Below, in pieces: positions 55,093 to 62,318 of a stretch of DNA of 64,000 nucleotides. The translations under genes and the position numbers were made by a program. Each line of letters starts with the position of its first letter. The stretch's first letter is position 1. The stretch lies in assembly GCA_012523945.1 (NCBI GenBank), contig JAAYSO010000105.1:10072-74071 (forward strand), read 5' to 3'. The notes under the pieces are model-generated. The model searched no databases. It was not told the DNA's origin and saw only the letters and a list, made by a program, of their open reading frames with translations. The DNA comes from Bacillota bacterium. GTDB taxonomy: Bacteria; Bacillota; Dethiobacteria; Dethiobacterales; Dethiobacteraceae.

Positions 55093-57546
55093 TTACATTT
55101 CCAAAACGGTCCGGGAAATTAATTCATTTTGACTTGTCACATGCAACTCAACAAAGTAGGCGGAAAAGCCTGCTATCCTGACCACCAGGTCCCTATATTC
55201 ATCCGGATTCTTTTGTGCCTCCCGCAGGGTATCGGCGGAATGCACATTAATCTGCACTTCCATACCACCCAAATTAAAGTATGTTTGTATCAATTGGCTT
55301 AATTTCTTGATCCCGTCTTCGCCCCTCAGACAGGAGGGACTAAATTTCATATTGAGCAGGGTCCCGTTGGCAAAAGCGTCCTGTTTTAAGGTGGCAACAG
55401 ATCTGATAATGGCAGTGGGGCCGTTTTTATCCATCTGCTGCACCGGAGAAATGCCGTCGGAAAGCGGCACACCGGCATTACGCCCGTCCGGGGTGGCGGC
55501 AGTCATCATGCCAAACATCACATGGGCCGTGACAGGGAACAGGGCTGCAGTGTAACGTCCCCTGGGACCGGTAAAAGAGGTGACAATTTCCGCATATTTT
55601 TCCGCGGCCCAGGCAGCCCACTTGTCAACTTCAGGGTTGCCGTTGCCATAATGCAATTCAGAGCCTTTAATATACTGCTGCAGCTCCTCGTAACCTTCCC
55701 AGTTATTAAGCAGGGCATCATACAATTCACGGGTGGTGCATTTTTTTGTATCAAAGCAAAGATGTTTGATCATAAAGAGCGAATCGGCAATATTGCCAAT
55801 GCCTATGCCGGGAATACCTGTACCGTTATATTTGGCTCCGCCGTACATGACATCTTTGCCTTTTTCCATACAGCCTTCCATGGTGGCGGAAACTACCGGC
55901 AACGGTAAAACTTCACGCAGCACATATTCGGCATTATTATTGATAATCGCATGCCACCTGAGGAAGAATTCCATCTGTTTATGGAAAGCATCCAGAACAT
56001 CTTCAAAAGTTTCCATCTCATAGAGATAACCTGTAGGCAGACCAACCCGCTGCTTAATCATTTCGGGTTCCTTGTCCCCTTCTTTCGGGGCACCGAAACG
56101 CAGCGGTACAGGTAAGTGGCCGTCATTAATAGCCAGCCACAACGCATTAGGCAGGTTAATATAAGAGACACTGCCGGTACCGCCGCAGGCAGGCCAGTCA
56201 TTACCAGTGCCACCCGGTTCCACACAGCCTATCAGGGAATAGTCGCGGGCGTCTTCCAGGGTAAAACCTCTTTTTTGCATGGCCGGGATAATGACATCGT
56301 CATTTTCAAAGGTGGGAATACCGCCGCAAATTTTACTGGTCTCAATGGCTGCTTCCCACAGTTCAGGCGGTGTGTTTTTATGCACCCTGAGTGCCAGCGG
56401 TGTATGCAATTTGAGGCGGCTGCTGCTTTGCAGCATCATATAACTTACCTTATTAGAGGCGTCATTGCCGTCCTTATCGACGCCGCCCAATGTCATTAAC
56501 TGTCCCGTTGTATAACCGGGAGCCGATTGGGTGGCACCATAACTCCAGGGTTTATTCATTTCTACTACTTTCAGGAAAAAGAGATCCAGCAGTTCCTGTG
56601 CATATTCTTCAGTGATGGTGCCGTCTTGTAAATCTTTTTCTAAAAATTCTCCCAGGTACTGATCCACACGGCCGAAGCTAATTCCATGCAGATTTGCTTC
56701 CAGGCACAAGCAAGTCTGGTACATATACAAGCATTGCAGTGCTTCCACAAAATTGCGGGCCGGGTTTTCCATAACCCAATTCAGTGTTTCCACCATCATT
56801 GCCAGTTCTTTTTTACGTTTCGGGTTTGTTTCCACTGCCAGTTTTTCTGCAGCCAGCGCTGCATAGCGTTTCGTCAAGGTAATCATGCCGTCACAGACAA
56901 TGGCAACAGCACGGTAAAAATTATACTGTTCATTAGTATTGCCGGGCATGGTTTGGGTTAAAATTTCCGCCATTTTCCGTTCCGCTTCTTCTTTAATGGC
57001 TTTAAAACCAACTTTGATGGCTTTCTCATAACCGGCCACAAAATGGCCTACGGGGGTATCACTGATACACATGCGCCCAATCATGGTTACACCGTTAAAA
57101 TCATGCGGTGCATACTCTTCAGGGTAGTAGGCCTGTGTTTTGGCATGCGTACTTTCCCCCTGCAGCCAGTAATCAATGGTGTCTTTGATATATTCAATAT
57201 CTTCGTCGGCTACATCATAAGGATCTATGTCCCGGGTACGGATGGAGCCGCTGCAAATTTCATCCTTAATAAAAGTAACACAATTTTCCGGGTACAGTGC
57301 CCCTGCTTTAAATTTAGCCGATTGGGCGCCTACAATTACTTCATCATCATCTATGCGCACAGGAATTTTAGAAAAGATTTCATGCATTGCTTTGGCCCGG
57401 CGCAGAATACCGTTAAGTTCAGGATGATTCATGTAAAATTCGGTGAGGATTTTATAACGCGCGATACAAACTTCCGGTTTTGTCTTGCGCCAACGTTCAC
57501 GCAGTCTTGCCACTCGATCAGTAACAGGTTTTAGTTTCCAAGTCAT
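55093..57546 (-). CDS. Glycyl radical enzyme, PFL2/glycerol-dehydratase-like family (GRE-2)
   Basis: 817 aa from the ATG at 57546 (RBS GGAGG). The ORF-track start at 57618 adds 24 aa with no RBS. Cys loop LIGCVEPGGTGNDWPACGG. Glycyl radical motif VVRIAGFSAYFVEL near the C-terminus. Confidence 0.9.
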   Translation of the reverse strand: MTWKLKPVTDRVARLRERWRKTKPEVCIARYKILTEFYMNHPELNGILRRAKAMHEIFSKIPVRIDDDEVIVGAQSAKFKAGALYPENCVTFIKDEICSGSIRTRDIDPYDVADEDIEYIKDTIDYWLQGESTHAKTQAYYPEEYAPHDFNGVTMIGRMCISDTPVGHFVAGYEKAIKVGFKAIKEEAERKMAEILTQTMPGNTNEQYNFYRAVAIVCDGMITLTKRYAALAAEKLAVETNPKRKKELAMMVETLNWVMENPARNFVEALQCLYMYQTCLCLEANLHGISFGRVDQYLGEFLEKDLQDGTITEEYAQELLDLFFLKVVEMNKPWSYGATQSAPGYTTGQLMTLGGVDKDGNDASNKVSYMMLQSSSRLKLHTPLALRVHKNTPPELWEAAIETSKICGGIPTFENDDVIIPAMQKRGFTLEDARDYSLIGCVEPGGTGNDWPACGGTGSVSYINLPNALWLAINDGHLPVPLRFGAPKEGDKEPEMIKQRVGLPTGYLYEMETFEDVLDAFHKQMEFFLRWHAIINNNAEYVLREVLPLPVVSATMEGCMEKGKDVMYGGAKYNGTGIPGIGIGNIADSLFMIKHLCFDTKKCTTRELYDALLNNWEGYEELQQYIKGSELHYGNGNPEVDKWAAWAAEKYAEIVTSFTGPRGRYTAALFPVTAHVMFGMMTAATPDGRNAGVPLSDGISPVQQMDKNGPTAIIRSVATLKQDAFANGTLLNMKFSPSCLRGEDGIKKLSQLIQTYFNLGGMEVQINVHSADTLREAQKNPDEYRDLVVRIAGFSAYFVELHVTSQNELISRTVLEM

Positions 57547-57662
57547 CTTGCCTCCAATCTTTTTGCAACGAAAACAGTTCTGCTCCTGTTTTTGTGCAGC
57601 AGCCGCTTTTTCTAGCAAGCAGCAAGCTATTTTTCTCTTGTTTGAAAGGGAAAGGAGAATGT

Positions 57663-57689
57663 TGCCTCAAAACAGTCCGTTTTGAGGCA
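57663..57689 (-). other. Inter-GRE hairpin (possible weak terminator or processing site)
   Basis: Minus strand tgcctcaaaac-ggact-gttttgaggca, an 11-bp stem 8 nt after the GRE-3 stop. No clean U tract. Confidence 0.35.
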
Positions 57690-57696
57690 GCACTCT

Positions 57697-60150
57697 CTAA
57701 AGTGAATTCTCCGTCCTTCTGATCAGGTCGTCCTGACCGTCACGGCCCAGCTCCACAAAGTAAGCTGAATAACCGGCAATGCGCACCACCAGGTCACGGT
57801 AGGATTCAGGATCTTTTTGCGCGGCACGCATTGTTTCAGCATCAACAATATTGTACTGGATCTCAAGACCGCCGCGGTTAAAATAAGCTTGCGTCAACTG
57901 GCGCAGTTTCTGCTTGCCGTCCTCGCCATTGAGGGCGGAAGGATGAATACGCAGGTTGAGACAGACGCCGTTGACAAATTTTTTGTGATCATAACAGGTA
58001 GCGGAAATACAGACTGCAGTGGGACCGTTACGATCTCTGCCCTGTACCGGAGAGGCAGCGTCAGCAATAGGTTCGCCTGTGCGCCTGCCGTCCGGTGTGG
58101 CCCAAGTTGTGTAGCCTTGTGCGATATGGTCGGCAGCACTGTATAGTCCCGCTTTATAAACGGAAGCTCTTTCACTATAGCACTTTTTACAGATCTCATA
58201 ATAGGTATCACATACCCATTTCATCATTTCGTCGGCATAAGGATCAGCATTGCCAAAATGAGGGACTTCATTAATAATTGTCTGCCGCAGCTCTTCATAA
58301 CCTTCCCAGTTGGCCATAATAGCGTCATACATTTCCCGTGCCGTGCACAGTTTTTTCTCAAAGACCATGTACTTAATGGCAGTGAGGGAATCGGCAATGG
58401 TAGCCAGGCCGCTGGCAGTACCACCGTATGAATTGTACTTGGCGCCGCCCCAGGTGCAGTCCATACCTTTTTCCATACAGCCTTCAAGGGAAATGGAAAG
58501 ACCGGCTTCGGGGGCATAATGCTGAATTATATGCTCCACATAGTTATCAAAAGTAACTTGCAGTTTAGTCACATAATCAAGAATTTCTTTATAGGCACTC
58601 TTTACCTGTTCAAAATCAGTCATCTCATAGAGATAACCGCGCTGGATTTTACACTGTTCGCCGTTATAAGGGTTGATGCCGTTATTAATGGCCATGCCCA
58701 GTACCACACCATGGTGGATGCTGGCATATGGCGGTGAGACACCGTTACAGGCTGGATAGTCATTACCGCTGCCTACAATTTCCTGACAACCGATAATGCA
58801 GTAATCCCGTGCATCCTCCAGCGTAAAGCCAAGCTCCCGCCTGAGAGCCGGAATTATGACATCGTCATTTTGGAATAAGGGGATACCGCCACAAACTTTT
58901 GTAGTTTCAATGGCCAAATCCCATAATTCCACCGGTGTATTTTTATTAATGCGCAGGGAAATGGTAGGATCATGCAGGCGCAGCCGTCTCATGGTATCCA
59001 GCACCATATAAGTAACAGGGTTGGTAGCATCTGCACCTGTTTTAGGATCTACCCCGCCAATAGTAGTGTGCTGGTAAGTATTGCCGATACCGGTGGTTTC
59101 CGCCAGTTTGCCGGTGCCGCCGGCATAGAAACAGTTTGCTTTCAGGAAAAAGGCATCCAGATATTCCTGGGCCGTATCCAGATCAATGCGGCCTGCTTCC
59201 AGGTCCGCCTTTAGAAACGGCCAGGTATACTGGTCAATGCGTCCAAAAGCAGGCCCCGGGAAACTGGTCTCGGAAAATAAGTAAAGCTGGTACATAATAG
59301 TCAGCTGCAAAGCTTCCCAGAAAGTGCGGGCAGGATTTTCTGAAATCCACATTAAGCCGTCACCCATCATTTTCAGCTCTGCTTTGCGTTTTTCATCCTG
59401 ACACTCTTCCAGCTTACGGTAGCATTCTTCACCGTACCGTTTAATCATGATGGAAATGGCATCACAGGTGATAACCACAGACTTATAGAAAAGATACTTT
59501 TTAACTTTATCGCCCATGAGGTTACCGTTATGCTCGTCAATCCAGTCCTGGGCTTGCTTTCTGATGGCACCGATACCGGTGTTAATAATTTTTTTGTAGC
59601 CGGGAGAGATGTGGCCGGACTGCATCATAATCAGCGGTGAGCCCGGAACATTTTTACAGACATTTAGCCTGCACAGCTCATCATAGCCGTCAGGCTGCCA
59701 GGCATCGGCAATCCTTGTCAGTACATTCTCATCCCAGTAATCTTTAATGCTTTTTAGTTTCTCCACATCTTCGGGAGAAATGGTCAGCCGTACCATATCA
59801 GATTCCGGGTTATGGTACAGGCCGTCTTCCCCTAAATGCCAGGCTCCGGGAAAATCAGGATTGGTAAAAGGTTCAAGAAAAACACCATGCCATTCAACCA
59901 GATAAGTATTACCGAGAAAATGTTCTCCCCGGTTACCCACAATTACTTCAAAATCTTCTACGCGTACTTTCTTTTTCTTACAGTACTCCAACATTGCCAG
60001 CGGTTTTTTAATCACAGGAAGCACATGCTGGTACTTTTTATATGCTTCCGTAATAATCACGGCGCGTTCAGCATCATTACGAATAACTCTGTCGCGGATT
60101 AAATCCCGCATGTACTGAATGCGCTCCGTTACAGGTCTTGACTTGTGCAT
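57697..60150 (-). CDS. Glycyl radical enzyme, PFL2/glycerol-dehydratase-like family, divergent paralog (GRE-3)
   Basis: 817 aa. RBS AAGGAGGA. Cys loop IIGCQEIVGSGNDYPACNG. Glycyl radical motif VVRIAGYSAYFVEL. Confidence 0.9.
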   Translation of the reverse strand: MHKSRPVTERIQYMRDLIRDRVIRNDAERAVIITEAYKKYQHVLPVIKKPLAMLEYCKKKKVRVEDFEVIVGNRGEHFLGNTYLVEWHGVFLEPFTNPDFPGAWHLGEDGLYHNPESDMVRLTISPEDVEKLKSIKDYWDENVLTRIADAWQPDGYDELCRLNVCKNVPGSPLIMMQSGHISPGYKKIINTGIGAIRKQAQDWIDEHNGNLMGDKVKKYLFYKSVVITCDAISIMIKRYGEECYRKLEECQDEKRKAELKMMGDGLMWISENPARTFWEALQLTIMYQLYLFSETSFPGPAFGRIDQYTWPFLKADLEAGRIDLDTAQEYLDAFFLKANCFYAGGTGKLAETTGIGNTYQHTTIGGVDPKTGADATNPVTYMVLDTMRRLRLHDPTISLRINKNTPVELWDLAIETTKVCGGIPLFQNDDVIIPALRRELGFTLEDARDYCIIGCQEIVGSGNDYPACNGVSPPYASIHHGVVLGMAINNGINPYNGEQCKIQRGYLYEMTDFEQVKSAYKEILDYVTKLQVTFDNYVEHIIQHYAPEAGLSISLEGCMEKGMDCTWGGAKYNSYGGTASGLATIADSLTAIKYMVFEKKLCTAREMYDAIMANWEGYEELRQTIINEVPHFGNADPYADEMMKWVCDTYYEICKKCYSERASVYKAGLYSAADHIAQGYTTWATPDGRRTGEPIADAASPVQGRDRNGPTAVCISATCYDHKKFVNGVCLNLRIHPSALNGEDGKQKLRQLTQAYFNRGGLEIQYNIVDAETMRAAQKDPESYRDLVVRIAGYSAYFVELGRDGQDDLIRRTENSL

Positions 60151-60401
60151 CTGCTGCTCCTCCTTGTGGTAATAATTCCGGAACCTTTTACAGAAGCTGG
60201 CCAGGCACAGGGCAAAGACATTCTTTATCTCTTAATAATTGATTGTATCATATTTTTAACATCGTCAATAGTTATAAAAATAACTTAACTGAGCTTATTG
60301 CCACCCCTTTATGTTACAGCCCTGACTATCCTGCAACCCCTTAACAGTCCCCACCGGTTAGGTGAGAAGGCGAATCAAGATTGATATAGTTTTCTAACCG
60401 A

Positions 60402-60428
60402 CAAAAAAATGCCGCCTCAAAGGGCGGC
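60402..60428 (-). terminator. Rho-independent terminator after the MoaF-like gene
   Basis: Minus strand gccgccc-tttg-aggcggc, followed by ATTTTTTT. Confidence 0.65.
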
Positions 60429-60439
60429 AAGAGTTCATG

Positions 60440-62170
60440 TTATTTACGTTTTTTCTCAAAATATTTTAAAATATTGTATCCATAAAGGGGACGCACATAA
60501 GCACCCAGGGTGGTTAGCATTACGCTTAAATCATCCCCTTGTCCGCCTATTCCGAAGAAGAAACCGGAATCCTGCCAGAGCTGCGGATTAAGGATAAAAG
60601 TTCCCTGGTTGCCGTTGCAGGTATCTTCCGTCCAGCTGATAAGATAAGCATCCTCACGCAATTTGATATAAAGACAGGGAGAACTCCACATTACCCCGCC
60701 AGCGTTATTGGGCATCATAATTGTCCAGGAGCAAGATTCGGGAGAACTATAAACATGGACAGACTGCATAAAATCACTATAGACATTAGCTTGTGCTCTG
60801 CCCACCAATTCTGTGGTAAATCCATGGCGTTCCACAGCCGGCGGTGTGGGGCCTCCTTCCATTTCCAGCACACCAAAAATTGCTCTGCGTCCTACTTCCC
60901 AGGCTTTCCGTCCGTTGCCCAGCCGGGCATCCACACAAGTGACAAGAGCTTTGGAAAAGTCAATGGCATGGGTCAGGCAGCGCAGCGGATTGGTACCGGT
61001 ACAGATATGGCTGAAAAGGATAATATCCTTTGCCGGCTCAAAACCCTGGTAAATCTCTTCATGCCAGTTTTCTTCGCCTTCTTCCCTCCATTTTAAAGTG
61101 CTGGTATCAATAATTTCATATTCCCAGGCGGGGCCGTCATCAAAACGGAGAGTAAATTTTTTTCCTACCATGTAATCGGTAACTTCCATGGTATTCATAC
61201 TGGCCATAATGGACCGGCCTTCAAAAACTTTGCAATTATTCTTGATAATTTCCTCCACTTGTTCTGCGGTCAGATCAGGATATAAAAAGCGGGGCCGGTA
61301 GGAGGGACGGGTGCCTTTGGGATCATCAGCTTTCGGTTTTACACCTTCCGGCAGTTCCGTACCGTAGTCAGAAAGGGGTTCCAAATTAGTTACCTTACCT
61401 GTCACTTCACCGCAGCCGCTATACACCTGGTAATCCAGCTCGTCTTCAAGATTGAAACCCAGGCGCACGCCGATATGCTTTACTTCCATCAGATCTATGA
61501 CTTCTAAAACGAAAGTGCCGGAATATTCACAGTCAACACGGGAAAAGATGTAGTATTTATCATTAATTTTAATGAAGTCAGAAGGCCCGGTTATAGTAAT
61601 ACCGCCACGCGGATGACTCAATTCAACATAGGATGACCAGACCACAGAAGGGAAGAAGTAAAGCATTTCTTCACCGTTATCATTGCTCCAGTAAGTACCT
61701 AAACCTTCAAGCCTGTTAGTTAAGGCATGCCGTTTTTCCGGTACTGTTTCCCCGGTATCCACATAACCAAACATATAGTGGCGCCAGACTTCCCGCTTAT
61801 CATGTTCAAAGCCGCAGAACCAAACTTCAAACACTGTAACCAAGTTGGTTTTGCTGTCAATAACGACATTGTAGCCGCGGACGGTGCCGGGAACCATATG
61901 TGTAAACAAAATAATTCCATTATGTTCTTTAGCTGTGTAAGGTGCTTCAATGGCTGCCTGACCGTCTTCTTTTAAGGTCAAACTGTCTTTAGTAAAGGAG
62001 TATTCCAATGTGGGGCCGTCATCCAGTATAATTTTCAGTGTTTTTCCGGCCAGGACTTCAGATGTTCCGGAAAAAGCAATGGCTTTCGGGACAGGTGTCA
62101 GCTTTGCCTTAATCTGCTCCTCCGTGAGCCGGGTATACCGGTCATAGAAAGTTGCACGAAAATAATTCAT
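60440..62170 (-). CDS. Tandem-duplicated MoaF-like (calycin/PAD-like fold) protein
   Basis: 576 aa from the ATG at 62170 (RBS AAAGGAG); the ORF-track start at 62257 has no RBS. Two repeats each carry a MoaF_N-like part (GKTLKIILDDGPTLEY / GKKFTLRFDDGPAWEY). Each also carries a MoaF_C-like part (KRHALTNRLEG... / ERHGFTTELVG...). Confidence 0.65.
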   Translation of the reverse strand: MNYFRATFYDRYTRLTEEQIKAKLTPVPKAIAFSGTSEVLAGKTLKIILDDGPTLEYSFTKDSLTLKEDGQAAIEAPYTAKEHNGIILFTHMVPGTVRGYNVVIDSKTNLVTVFEVWFCGFEHDKREVWRHYMFGYVDTGETVPEKRHALTNRLEGLGTYWSNDNGEEMLYFFPSVVWSSYVELSHPRGGITITGPSDFIKINDKYYIFSRVDCEYSGTFVLEVIDLMEVKHIGVRLGFNLEDELDYQVYSGCGEVTGKVTNLEPLSDYGTELPEGVKPKADDPKGTRPSYRPRFLYPDLTAEQVEEIIKNNCKVFEGRSIMASMNTMEVTDYMVGKKFTLRFDDGPAWEYEIIDTSTLKWREEGEENWHEEIYQGFEPAKDIILFSHICTGTNPLRCLTHAIDFSKALVTCVDARLGNGRKAWEVGRRAIFGVLEMEGGPTPPAVERHGFTTELVGRAQANVYSDFMQSVHVYSSPESCSWTIMMPNNAGGVMWSSPCLYIKLREDAYLISWTEDTCNGNQGTFILNPQLWQDSGFFFGIGGQGDDLSVMLTTLGAYVRPLYGYNILKYFEKKRK

Positions 62171-62318
62171 TATTCTGACTCCTTTCAAGATTATGATTTT
62201 TACTGTCATTTCACCGTTTCTTCCCCCTGTAGCGGGGAACAAACGGCAAAAATTCACTTATTAATTTGTCTTTACCATCTTTATTATACAAGCATTCAGT
62301 GTAAATATCTAGCAATAT

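Noticed and set aside
57547-57618. N-terminal extensions proposed by the ORF track for GRE-2. Similar cases are 62171-62257 (MoaF-like), 26487-26537 (cimA), 18334-18378 (xdhC), 9500-9538 (response regulator), 49438-49446 (apt) and 43651-43671 (ECF sigma)
   Set aside because: In each case an internal ATG has a well-spaced GGAGG-type RBS and restores the family-typical N-terminus. The upstream start lacks an RBS or lies inside a terminator or leader.
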